Assembly (NCBI RefSeq): GCF_009914755.1
Contig: NC_060929.1
Reading direction: 5' to 3' (one strand)
Length of the DNA stretch: 64,000 nucleotides
DNA from: the human T2T-CHM13v2.0 reference genome, Homo sapiens
Shown here: one piece after another, positions 26,182 through 39,527 of the stretch
How the letters are laid out: the number at the start of each line of letters is the position of its first letter
Position numbering within the stretch: the first letter of the stretch is position 1
Notes under the pieces: model-generated
Seen by the model: the letters and a program-made list of their open reading frames with translations, nothing else
Told to the model about the DNA's origin: nothing
Databases searched by the model: none
Position numbers and translations under genes: made by a program

Positions 26182-28075
26182 TAAACAATATTTTAAAAGG
26201 TGAACCATAAGTAAAACATTTGTGGAATTCCCTAATCACATCCCAAGAACCTAAGAATCTGATAAAACACAGTGTGGATTCTGCTATTCTCAAATCTCTT
26301 TCCTTGAACTATTTGGCCCCACATACAACTCCAAATGCATTTTTGCTGTAGGAAAAATTCCAAGCCAGCTGGCAACATGAGGGACTTGAAATCTCTCAAG
26401 ACAGCTTGATCCATCACAGTTTAGGTCAATGACCTACAAAGTTAAAGGTTACAAAAAGAGAGAAAACCTTCTAAAGGGGATAAAAAATTGATATTCCCAG
26501 GTGTTGGGCCACTCACAAACTAAAGTAAGATCTACAGAACCCTGCAAGTGGCTGTCCTCCAAGGTATTACAGAAGAGGCAACCACTTTATCTTGCAATTG
26601 TGTGAGCACAGAGGAGGGAAAACAATATGCGTGAGGTTCATGAGAAAGGCCACCAGCCTTTCCAACATGAAGGAATAATGCTTCTGGCCCCTGGCCAACT
26701 GGAAATGCTAACCAAATGTTGCAAGTAGGGTCAGTCTCCCTAACAGGGCAATGCTTTGAGCAACCCAAAGCATTTAAGTGATCTCATTAATCTTCATAAC
26801 ACCCCTAGATGTAAATAGGTAGTAATAAGGAATATTGCCATTCTTCAGGGAAAAAGGCAGTGGTGCAAGAGGTTAAGAGATTAGATTCTTTGAATGCATT
26901 AGTTGTATAGCTTGGAGGAATGATTCTATACTTCTATTTTTCTCCTGTCATTACCAAAATGAAAAGCAAGAGTTTGCCAAAGTGTAACAGTTCAGTGTTA
27001 TGGCTATAGCAAATAAAAACATGAGTTTTTTCTGCCTGTGGTATGGATCTACTTTTTTTTTTTTTTCTCAAATGCCATGGAATAAAATTTGACATTGCAC
27101 ATTCACGTGCAATAAACCAGATTCCTTTTAGGAGTAATAATATATGAGGAGTACACAGATCCAATGGGCTGAATAATTCAAATCACAAAGCTATTAAGTT
27201 TGGCAGATGCAAAATCACAATATTGAAGCCCATTCTTCGTTTCCCCACTAGACACCTGAGTGCGTTTTCTACGTCTTCACCAAAGTTTCTTGCTTACTGA
27301 CTCTAGGATTGAATAACTCATTCCTGGGTCCCATCACTTCCCCCAGTGGCCTATTAGAAACAAATCACTAAGCATAACAATATATTCTCGGAGGGAGCAG
27401 TGGGGACCTTAATAGATGAAGTTCATTTGTATCTTCATGTAAAGTAGTAAAATGCAGCCGGCATTAAAGAAAAGGTTGAGCCATCATGAGCATATTAACT
27501 AAATGACTCATTTCATCTAGAGACACTATAAAACTTAACTTTGACCTCCATAAATTATGAAAGACACAGGTGTTTTAAAAGGACATTCTCTTAGAATAAC
27601 TCAATTGGCCTCTGATGAATATGACTATAAAATCAAGAAAAAATTACAAGTTCCTATTGAACGTATGAGTTAGAGGTTTGCTTACAACTGAGAAAAGAAG
27701 AATTAAGGAAGGTAGATTTGTATTTTGTACTAGAGCAAATGAAGGCAGAAGCCGATAAAATGTATAAAGACATTTTAACAATGTTGACAGAAACGTTTGT
27801 TGCTGATTAATAAAAGTTTAGACCAAGGCTGATCACGAAACAATCCAAAGACAAAACAGACACTGCCCATGAGCCAGTTGGGGAAGGCTGAGAGCTGACC
27901 AGTCTCTCCTGTCCCTGCACCAGCTTCCTGCACACAATACTTTCCTCACTGCAAGTTTCCTTCCATCCTCACTGCTGTCAACATCTAACTGGCACAGAAC
28001 TTTTCAAGTATAGTGACATCCTACATGATACGCACATTTTCAATTGCACTGGTAGACTTTTGAAGATAACAAGTT

Positions 28076-28350
28076 ATGTTTGAGATGGAGTCTCGCTCTG
28101 TTGCCCAGGCTGGATGTGCAGTGGCAGCATCTCGGCTCACTGCAACCTCCATCGCAGGCATTCAGCAATTCTTGTGCCTCAGCCTCCAGGGTAGCTGAGA
28201 TTACAGGTGCGCGCCACCATGCCCAGCTAATTTTTTGTGTGTTTTTAGTAGAGATGGGGTTTCGCTGTGTTGGCCAGGCTGGTCTTGAACTCCTGACCTC
28301 AGGTGATCCCCCTGCCTGGGCCTCCCAAAGTGCTGGGATTACAGGCATGA
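28076..28350 (-). mobile_element. AluS-like SINE lacking its first ~16 nt
   Basis: tgagatggagtctcgctctg...cccaaagtgctgggattacaggcatga then abrupt junction. Confidence 0.93.
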
Positions 28351-28605
28351 GGGAGGCCGAAGCAGACAGATCACCTGAGGTCAGTAGTTCGAGACTAGCC
28401 TGGCCAACATGGCGGGAACCTACCCCTACTAAATATACAAAAAAATTAGCTGGGCGTAGTGGTGCACAACTGTAATCCTATCTACCTGGGAGGCTGAGGC
28501 ACGAGAATCCCTGAATGTGCAAGGTGGAGGTTGCACTGAGCAGAGATCCTGCCACTGCACTCCAGCCTGGGCTACAGAGCGAGTCTCAATAAATAAATAA
28601 AATAA
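28351..28605 (+). mobile_element. AluS-like SINE lacking its first ~40 nt
   Basis: gggaggccgaagcagacagatcacctgaggtcag...cactgcactccagcctggg...(aaat)n tail. Confidence 0.93.
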
Positions 28606-30246
28606 GGAAAAATAGTAACTATATCCTTTAAAACATAAAGTGTTGTAAAATTAGTTTGATTATCTAAGTGTAAATATTTAATATCGTGATCATATCAGTA
28701 AATTTAAATATAATGATTTAATTTAATCATGTAACCAACTCATATAATTCACCAATTCACCAGCATGTCTATAATTGTGATTTCCAAGACTTTTCATTAT
28801 GCTGGTCGACTCTAAGTAAATTCTAGGAGACTTTTTATTTTGTGGTTATAACTATCCTAAAAAATGTCTGCTTCATGTATTTTTTTCATGGGTTTCTCAG
28901 AAGATAATTAAATTTCAAAATTACAAAGCCTTTCCAAATAGTATCACATTATATTTAAATAGTTAGATCACATTTAAATCACAGTTTTTAATTCTTTTGT
29001 GAGTTTTTTTCTAAAATATTTTAAAATATGGTGACAAATTTATAATATGGTCATGTGATTAGCTATCTCCTCAGTCAGAATTTTCTCTACCCTCCTCAAA
29101 AATAGTAAATATGTATTCTTCGGGCTATGCAAATTTCAAGATAACTGTAATTTAATTTTTGTTGCTGTTAATACTGTTACGTGTGTCTGGTACCCATTCT
29201 CCCAGAATCATATTAACTTCTTTCATTCCCTATCCCAGAAAGAGCATTTTGAGCTCCTTAAAAGTCTTGGTTATTAGAAATAAATTTCAAAGAACACACT
29301 AAAACTGAGATCAAACCATTTTAATAGCATTCTTATATATTTAAATACCAAGATTAAAAGGTGCAAAAATAGATGGATAGTCTCTTATTATTTAGCAAGT
29401 AGAATGAAATAACAAAGATACATTTTAATGGCATGCAGTAACTAAACAATGCCGCCAGCAAATCTTAGAGATATAAAATCAGGAAAATATTTTCCCACAA
29501 ATATATTTAGGGTAAAAGTTATTAATCAATATTGTTAATAATTACACTAATAGTTTACATTTTATTATGCTTTAATTATTACTTGCAAATCTCTAAGTGC
29601 TGTGAGGATTACAGATGATGATTTATTGCTCTAAATTTAACTCGCGACTTTTGCCTTTGTGGGTCCTCTGGGTATCTGATTTGTTCCTTTCTGTTTTTCA
29701 GTTAACAGAGATAATTTTTCATTTGAAAAAAAATGCCAACTGAATATTTCTATGGTTCCTTTAACCTGTGATTTCCTAGGACTATTCATGCTTTAAATTA
29801 TCTCCATATACAATTAATTTTCTAGGTTATCTTCAGTATTCATACAAATCTGAGATCTTTTTTCTCATGTATCTTCTAATAATCAAAGAATTACAGCTCA
29901 TCCTCCCATATGCTCTATCCCAGTCACACTCCCAAAACTCACTGAATGGTTTGATGCTTCCCACCAGCCAACCCACTCTGTTGGCCATCAATTGCTGTCA
30001 AAATCAGAACTGAAACGTGTCTCAAATCTGGCTTCTCATCTCCATTGCCATCATCACTGCCTAAGTCTAAGCACCCTCTACTCTCACCTGATCCACAACC
30101 CGCAACTGCCATGCCTCGCTCCAAATTCTGCAAGTTCTAGTGCCTAGTGCATCCTGCACACAATATGGTGGACGTATCTTCCTAATGCAAATATGATTAT
30201 GTGAACATATAAATGTAGAAATCTCCTGGGCTCCTCAATGCCTTTA

Positions 30247-30728
<482 letters not shown>

Positions 30729-31057
30729 GGACTAAGTCTAAACTTCTTTATAATCTGGCCCCAGCTAATGCTCAGAGCTTCACCTATAATTACTTCCCCC
30801 TCTCTGTCACCAACAGGTGCCACGGAGCCAAGCACTTTTCAGCCTCATCAGAATCTCTGACTTTTCCCATGTGACTCTCTGTCTTCCCTGCCAGATTCCT
30901 CAAGCATCTCTCAGGCCCCGTTGGAGGAACACCTTCTCTATGCAGCCTCTTCAGATCGATGCACCATCATATCCCTTTACTCTTGGTGTTTTCAGGACCC
31001 TTTACTCAGGCTTCCCTTGGAGAATCTAATTGCTTGTGCCCCTGTCTCACCCACTAG

Positions 31058-31260
31058 GCCAAGATCATCATACTTTTTGTTTTGGGGCCAGAGAGCAGAT
31101 AGTTTGCTTTTGTGGTCTATGTGCCAACTACTCGTCTCTGCAGTTTTAGCTCAAAAGCAGCCACAGAAGATGTGTGAATGAGTGGGTGTGGCTGTGTGCC
31201 AATAAAAGCATATTTACAAAAACAGGAGGCAACTCTGGGGCCCCAGCTTGCCAACCCTTG
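31058..31260. mobile_element. MER58A-like hAT MITE
   Basis: aaagcagccacagaagatgtgtgaatgagtgggtgtggctgtgtgccaataaaa...cttgccaacccttg. Confidence 0.8.
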
Positions 31261-31569
31261 CGCTGGACTAGAAAGTCCTCATCAGGTAGAGAAGATGCTT
31301 CATCTTTGTTTCTCTAATGCCTAAGAAGCTTCCTGGCATAAAGTAGGTTCAATAAATATTTGAGTAACACAGAGTCTTGAAAGAAGAACTACATGAACTA
31401 ATACATTTGGATGAACCCCATGTGGACCTGGTAGGAGAAAAGCTCTCAATACTCAGTCTGTAGCACATGTACATGCAAATAAGTTATTCAATTATTATCA
31501 CAGCCCTTTGTTGGTTTGCTCATGGGATCTGGGAAATAGGAAGCCTTTGTACATTTATTTATTTATTTA

Positions 31570-31875
31570 CGGCTGTCCCTTGGTATCCCCAGAGCATTGG
31601 CTCCAAGACCACCTCGAGTGCCAAAATCCATGGATGCTCCAGTCCCTGATATCAAATGGATTGGTATTTGCCTATAACCTATGCACATCTTCCCATATAC
31701 TTTAAATCATCTCTAGATTACTTATATCGAGCACATTATAAATGTAAATAGTCGTTATGCCATATTGTTTTTATTGGTATCATTTTTATTGTTGTATTGT
31801 TTGTTTTTAATTTTTCCAAATATTTTAGGCTTGTGGTTAAATCTGCAGATGCAGAACCCAGGGAGGACCAACTGT
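31570..31875. mobile_element. MER2 (TcMar-Tigger)
   Basis: ggctgtcccttggtatcc...ccaaaatccatggatgctccagtccctgatatc...gcagatgcagaaccca...actgta; flanked by TA. Confidence 0.88.
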
Positions 31876-31963
31876 ATGTACTTACTTGCTTATAACTAAA
31901 TAGATAACTGTTGTACTAGGCTGATATTCTCCCAACTCAAGCAGGGAAAAAAAAAATACAGAT

Positions 31964-32273
<310 letters not shown>

Positions 32274-33213
32274 TTACAATAGCAGAAGGAACAGAATGGT
32301 TAGAAATCTTTCCCAGGCATGTCAGTTGGCCACCAGTTTGTTAAAAGCACACACCCTGAGCCAGCTAAATCAGCAGAGCTGGGAGGGGCATCTTAATTTT
32401 GAACAAATGTCCTAGCTAATACTTAAGAACATTAATGTTTGGCAAATGTTGGACAAAAGGTAACAAAGCCAGCAGACAACAAGGAGACTTTTTAACATAT
32501 ATTGGGTAAATTAATCAAATAAGCGAATTAGAAGAAAGGGGAGAACAAGTAGAAGAAAGAGAGAGATAAGCCCAGAGAATCATAAAGGACATACCTGTGC
32601 ATAGGGGCCAGCCCTGAGAAGGAAAGGGACAGAGAAGGGGAAACCTTTAAACCCTAAAGTGGAGGTTCATAAAGATTTGATTGGAAGAGGACAAAAAAGA
32701 CTGCAGTGAAAAGCACTGTTCCTTTTCCATCACCAGCTGCTTGTCTTAAGTCATAATTAATGTAAACACAACATGAAAATCAGCATTACCTGGGATCTCT
32801 TCCCACAATGGGGTTCTACTCCTTTTTGCATTCACTGCTAATCTCTGATTTCATACCGCTCAGCATGTATTCCCTTTAATTGTGTCAACTTGACTAAAAT
32901 ATACTCTTTGGAAAAGACGAATAAGTGTGGCTACTGGAAGCAGAATCGCTGATCTGATAAACATCTTCAGTTTTCCTGTTAATTATATATTGCCTCCAAA
33001 AGAGTAATTCCAAGGTAAAATTTTCAAGTAAAAATAAGAATTATAATCACCGAAAAATAATGATATTGGCCAGTTGTTTAAAATAAATTTTATGTGAATT
33101 TAAAATTAATCCCCCTTGTTTAGAACCAGTGTGATAAAGTCATTTTGTAAAGAAGAAACTCATTAAATAGAAGCCTACCGTTTATTTTATGCGTCTCATA
33201 AGAATATATGCTA

Positions 33214-33598
33214 TGTTAAAATAATTGGGAGGCCATTAGATTGAGGAGGCTTCACTGTCTTGGGTTCCTATGTAAACAAACCAAAATTCAACTCAATGTA
33301 AATAGTAAAAGGAAACTTAAGCTTAACCAATCAGAAACAAAACCCTAACTAAAGTCTAACTTCAGACTTAACCAATTAGAAACCACCAACTAACCTCTAA
33401 CTAGGGAGTTTCCACTTTAACCAACTAGAGGCATTTTCTTTGTCTTGTTTCTGGGAAGAATATTATAAAAGTTTCCTCCCTTGCCACCCCCACCCACAAG
33501 TGGAGAGCTGCTGGAAGTCTGGTGATGCTTGATTCCTAAATCTCTAAATGTTCAAATAAACTTGTTAAAATTTTAATGCACCTAAGTTTATCGTTTAA
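33214..33598 (+). mobile_element. ERV-class solo LTR (LTR47-like)
   Basis: Starts tgttaaaataattgggaggccattag; repeated aaccaat boxes, tattataaaa (~33461) and aataaa (~33555) in LTR order. Confidence 0.7.
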
Positions 33599-33834
33599 GG
33601 GTTTTGAATACTTACAGCAAATTCAGCCAGAGCATAAAAACAGCAAGTTAATCTTTCCTTTTTTATCTGTAGTTTTGTAAATTCAAACCATTAGCCAAAC
33701 AAATGGTTCAAAATAATAAACGAAAAGGATCAGAAATCCATACTATTTGTTGCACATACATTTATACAGACATATCTTCTGATATCTAGAAATACTGTAA
33801 TGGTAAGTCAAGGGGTTTAGTGCAAGGTATTCAG

Positions 33835-34545
33835 GCAGCTATGGGCTGATACTCACATTGGGTCAGGTGTGCAAGGCGTGCAGTTATGGGCTGGTACTCA
33901 CATCGGGTCAGAAGTACAAGGTGTGTAGTTATAGACTGGTACTCACACTGGGTCAGGTGTGCAAAGTGTGCAGTATGGACTGGAGCTTACATCATGTCAG
34001 ATGTGCAAGGCATGCAGCTATGGGCTGGTACTCACATTGCGTCAGGTGTGTGAGGTATGCAGCTATGGGCTGGTACATTGGGTCAGGTGTGCAAGGTGTG
34101 CAACTATGGGCTGCTACTCACATTGGGTCAGGTGTGCAACGTGTGCAGTTGTGGGCTGGTACTCACATGGGGTCAGATGTGCAATGCATGCAGCTATGGG
34201 TTGGTACTCACATTAGGTCAGGTATGTGAGGCTTGCAGCTTTAGGCTAGTACTCACATTGGGTCAGGTGTGTGAGGCATGCAGCTATAGGCTGGTACTCA
34301 CATTGGGCCAGGTGTACAAGGCATGCAGCTATGGGCTGGCACTCACATTGGGTCAGGTGTGCAAGGCATGCAGCTATGGGCTGCTACTCACATTGGGTCA
34401 GGTGTGCAACGTGTGAAGTTGTGGGCTGCTACTCACATTGGGTCAGGTGTGCAATGTGTGCAGCTATGGGCTGGTACTCACATTACATCAGGTATGTGAG
34501 GCATGCAGCTATGGGCTGCTACTCACATTGGGCCAGGTGTGCAAG
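33835..34545. repeat. 45-bp minisatellite (VNTR), ~16 copies
   Basis: Consensus gcagctatgggctggtactcacattgggtcaggtgtgcaaggcat; units start at ~33835, 33880, 33925, 33970, 34014, 34059, 34100, then every 45 bp to 34505. Confidence 0.97.
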
Positions 34546-36782
34546 AAGACTCATGCATCTCTAGTGCCTTTTGTTCCCTTGGTGACTTAATGTTCTCATT
34601 TTGTGATGTTATTTTGTATAGAATTAAAATCAAACATTTCCAAGGACATAAATCATTATATCTGCTATGAATTATGATCATTACCTGATCCAAGTATTGG
34701 GTCTGTGGGCCTCAATCCCACCACCTTACCCATGGCAGATGTTTAGGCCATGTGGACTCACAGGTATTTGTTTGAGAGCTTACAGACGAACTTTCTTACT
34801 AAAATACCACAGTTTGTAAGACTGTACCCTTTGATTTATGTTTATATTACACTCAAGCTTTTTGGGAAAAGTAAGAGAATCAGAATTGAGTAATTGGATG
34901 AAAATAACTTAAAGACCAAGAAACACATTTAAAAACCTGAAGAAAATTCACATTTTAGAAACTGAGATAGATGTTAAAAAATTTTTTCATTTAGAAAAAT
35001 CACATTTTGAAGAAAAGCACCTAAATAGCCAGAAAGAGTGACTCCACATCTTCCCCACAGTTCAGTGGCAAAGACTCATGCTACAGATGCTTTGATAATA
35101 AACTCTTTTTCATTAGCACTGTAGGTCTTTATGCATTATAAAAATATGGCCAATTTGTAAATGTCCAACAGCATTCAAACACTGCCTTATGTGTCAACCA
35201 AGTTAGTTGGCATTTGGAATAATACTTGGATTCAGCACAGAATACATATCAGAGTAATTCGGGATGGAATCACTTGCCACCCTTAGAATGAACCTGAAAC
35301 ACTAAAGACGAACTAATTCATTTGGGAAATAAAAATGTAATCACCCTCCCTTGTATCTGTTGCAACAATTCAATCTGCAGTGAAACTTACACTTGTATCA
35401 AGTGTGTGGAGTGTTATCACTGCCATTCCTTTTATAATCTTCTATACAAAAACCAGTCATAATATATTCTTTCATTTTGAATTTTTTATACCAAGAAACT
35501 GATCTTAGTAGGATTTGTGACAAAGAAGTATGCAATCATTCAACAAATATTATCCCAAGAGTAGGAACAAATAGAAATCAAATAATGCAAGGAAATAACT
35601 GAAATGCTTCACTGTGATTATCTCTGAAATTGTTTTTTTCTTTATGCTTTACTGTATATTCTACATTTTGTAAATGAAGATACCTAAGTTTCATTACTGA
35701 AAACACAAATATTATTAACTTTTAAAGAGACTGGGGGAAAACAAGATATGACTGTTGATGCATTTAACATAATACGAAAGTTCATGTGCATCCTGGAAAT
35801 GAAAATGTATGACTTCTTCCAGAAATTCCCTGAATTCAGATCCAAGTACCTTCCGATTCTCCATAACCACAAATGGCTGAAAGAGAGGCTTTTCTTTTGC
35901 AGCCTAACGAACTTCCTTTATCAAAGAGTACAAAGAATCTTTAACTGTTTCAATTTCAGGAACATACAGTATCACTAGTATAAAGTGAAACCATCCAATA
36001 AATGGTTCCACAATGCCTAGTGCTATGAGAAAAAAAAATCGACTATTATTCTATTTTTTCACAACTCATATTTTTAAACCATTACTGATTTCTGAAATAT
36101 ACACCTGTTATCTAAACTTACTCTTGCTAAATCGAGCTTTGCCAAACAGGAATCTGAGGGCTGGGTTATTTTTAAAGTTTTATATCTTACTCATATGCCC
36201 TCTCAAACTTTCTGAGCCTAATCCCATGAAATTTCCCAGGTGAAATTCCTATTCTCTTCTTTAGGTAGCGTCTGCCTGAAAGGCATATGCACACGTATGC
36301 GAAACCCATGAAGACCCTCAGAGCTTCCCTAGGGCTGCGCGCTCACCAGCCTGCCTGTTAATGTGACAGTAACTTCTCACGGGTTATTTTATTTCATCTT
36401 CGCAACAGCTGAAAGGGGTAGAAATTGTTGCATCATCTTTACAGGTGATAAAATCAGGCTCTGAAACTGGCTTAGAGTCACTTAGGTAGGGGCCAGCCTC
36501 TTTTTTTTTCTGTTATTATTTATCAAGTGTCTATAATGTACCACACACTGCTCTAGAATAAAAAACTACAGCCCATGCTCCCGGGGTCACCAAACCTTTG
36601 GAACATACTTATGATAAACATATAAAAGGTTGTTATTTGGAATTCAAATTTAACTGGGCATCATGGATTTTTATTTGCTAAGTCTGGCAATCCTATGTAT
36701 TCATGTCCACCATGCCATACAGCATGCTAGGTTGACTCAGCGGCCCATCCGATCCTTCCCAGCAGACCATGTTGATATGCAA

Positions 36783-37130
36783 TGGATGGAGACCTCCAGG
36801 AATGAGGTCTGGGATGAGGACTCCAGGGATATTGAATTGCAGATTCCAGGGGCCCTGGGATGGAAGCCACAAGACACATTGGGATGGAGACTCTAGGGAC
36901 GCTGGGATGGACACTCTAGAGACATTGGGATGGAGACGACAGGGATGCTGGGGTGGAAGCTCCAGGGAAACTAGAAGACACAGAGATAGAGACTTCCAGG
37001 AATGCTGAGATGGAAACCATTGGAGATATTGGACAGAGACCTCTAGAGATACTGAGAGAGAGAGAGACACCCCACTGACACTGGAATAGAGAACTCCAGG
37101 GACTCTGGGATGAAGACCTCCTGGGACAGG
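36783..37130. repeat. Degenerate ~23-bp minisatellite
   Basis: Recurring gggatggagactc(c/t)agggacact-like unit, e.g. gggatggagactctagggacgct gggatggacactctagagacatt gggatggagacgacagggatgct. Confidence 0.75.
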
Positions 37131-39109
37131 TACCCCTTGAAAACAATTCCCAGCTGCTATCCACAGCCAGAACAGGAGCATAAGACATCTCTTCAAAATA
37201 CCCTAATTTGCTCTGTGGCTTCTCACATCCCTTAGGAAAATCTTGAGTCACTGACCAAAAGCCAACCACTTGCAGAGAATGAAGCGCTGGTCTGTTCACA
37301 CAGCACCCAGGACCTCCAGAGACAACAAGAGAATCTCATGAGTCAAAGTCATAGAAAAGCCTTTCCAAAGTTCTTTAGAGATGAATGAGGGATGCAAGAC
37401 TCAAAACACTAATTGGGGTCACATTTGTACCTGCCCCACCCCGGTAAGGGGTCTGTTCCCTTGACTCAGAGTGAAAGCTCATTTTCCCTCAGGGTGAGCT
37501 TTGGTGTATACAGCCTGCCACTGGCTCATGCCCTTGCCAGATGTAGGTGTCTGAGATAAATTGTTATAATCCCAACCCCCTTTTCCCTAAGTGTTCACCT
37601 GGATGCAGAGGGGAACATAGACAAATTCAACTCTGGAAATAAATGTGTTGAATCAACAGGTATCTTTGAGCTTCTATAAGCAGGAAAAATCTGTGCTATA
37701 TGCTGGAGAAATAAAGAAAAGACAGGCACTTCCCTTGCCTTCTGGTAAGTCACCATCTGATAAGGGTGACTTGTCAAGAAATAATGCAATATTGTACATT
37801 AAGTGCAGTTAAAAAAAAAAAGTAGATGTCCAGTATGTTACTAGGGCCACACAGGACAGAGAATGTGGTGGTTCAGGACTGCTGGTGGACCCTTGAGCCA
37901 GGTCCTTACTACAAGTGGGAGTTTACCAAGCAGATAATTTGGAGTGGGGGTTGGTGGCAGCCAGTATTCCAGAAAATGAGAAAGAGGTCAGAAGGGAAAA
38001 AGCCCAGAGGCAAGAAAGAGCATATTCCATAAGTGTAGGCAGAATAAATAATTCCACATGCCTGGACCATGTGAGAATGAAAACAGGCAAGTCTGGAAGG
38101 GAAGTGGGAATGCAGGGCAGAAGGGCTGGCGTACCACACCAGGGAGACAGCTTATATCCAATGGGAGCTACTGAAGGTGGGCATTTTTAAAAGATGATGT
38201 TGGCTGTGGTATGCAGAAGGAGGAGAACATCTGGAGGCCAGGAGACTCATTTAACACCACTGCAAAACACAGGCCGAACTCCAAGTGATGAAATTTGTTG
38301 GAAGTGAGCATCAGAAATCCCCCAGTATTGCTACTGGACTAAGGTAAGGAAGAGAACACCAAGTAGCCTTGTCCAATCCATACTCACCGCCTCCTCACAA
38401 ACGTCAAAAGAGGTGAAGGTAACTTGCTAGGTGCAATAAACTATGCCAACTTCTTCCTACTCATGTAAAATTACAACCATTCATCACTTCAAGTGTTAAG
38501 TGGATGTACAAGGACACCTCAAGATCCAAGAGCAAAAGCAACGATCCTAGAAACTGTTCAATGTTTATCTAGAGTGCCCAGACTATAAGCTAGATTTAGC
38601 TGCACTCGTGTTTATAGAGAGACTGCAAAACCTCTGTAGCTATGGCAGGCATGCTTTATACTCTGGTACATTTGGACAAAAAATATAATGAACTCTCCAC
38701 TGCCCAATGTGCCATCCTTAGATGCCAGAGGAACCCAATTCTACAAATGGACCCTTTCTTAAACTTTAATGTCAATTTTCCTAAAAGATGGATATATAAT
38801 CCCAAAATAGGTAATTTAAATGCAAGGATTATGCAGGTTTTCTAAGGAAGTGATAGTGAAAACAGGGGAAAGAACTCAAATTTGTTTGGATTGTGTTCCA
38901 GTGGCCTCATTGTCAAACTGGGATGCAGATGTTGACCTAGATACGGGAACACTCACACCCTTAAGAGATAAAGATAAAAATAACTTCGTTGAATCTCAAT
39001 TTACTGGTATATGGCCTAATCAAGGTAACAAAGAAAGGTGGTGGTGGGCCTTGGGGTACACATCAAGATCTCTGGATCTCTAGAATCCTACTGAAGAATA
39101 TAGTGGGAA

Positions 39110-39370
39110 GTCAGGAACATGTTTTCAGGAGTCAAACTGACTGGGTTTGGAACCCAGGTCCATCTTTTCTTAGGCATATGCCCCGGACAACTTATTTATC
39201 TACTTCCTTCCTCAGTTTCCACATCTCTAAAACAGCAATGTTGATAGTACCTACCTCTTAGGTTTGAATGGAGGAACAAATGAGTTAATTCATGTTAGAA
39301 CAGTTACTGGCACAGGGTGAGGGCCCGATCAATGCTTACTCTAACGGGCAGCCATCAACATCTTATTAGC
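39110..39370 (+). mobile_element. MIR SINE
   Basis: ggagtcaaactgactgggtttggaacccagg...cctcagtttccacatctctaaaac...atagtacctacctcttagg. Confidence 0.8.
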
Positions 39371-39527
39371 AGTAGTATATTTTATGACACTCATACTGTA
39401 TTTCATTCTTATAAGAAATAATATTATTCAGCATTCTTCAGTTTTGTCAGTGAAGGTCACATGTAACTGCACAGATGTAAAATGAAGTCCAAAAATATCT
39501 GTGGTGGCAAAATACAATATCTCTCAC

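Noticed and set aside
28040-28475. Alu-derived ORFs here and at 1810, 4909, 25358-26293, 30365, 32015, 51413 and 63017
   Set aside because: Typical Alu translations (LECSG..., SASRVAG...); not genes.
32790-32975. Possible 186-nt exon upstream of the candidate microexon (donor CAG|gtaatg)
   Set aside because: The acceptor atatataattaacag lacks a pyrimidine tract and all three frames contain stops; insufficient support.
33858-34564. ORFs with CxxC every 15 aa (VCKACSYGLVLTLGQ), resembling a metal-binding repeat protein or a CRISPR-like array
   Set aside because: These are translations of the 45-bp VNTR. Unit indels break the frame, the ORFs are antisense to SEMA5A, and there are no unique spacers or cas genes.
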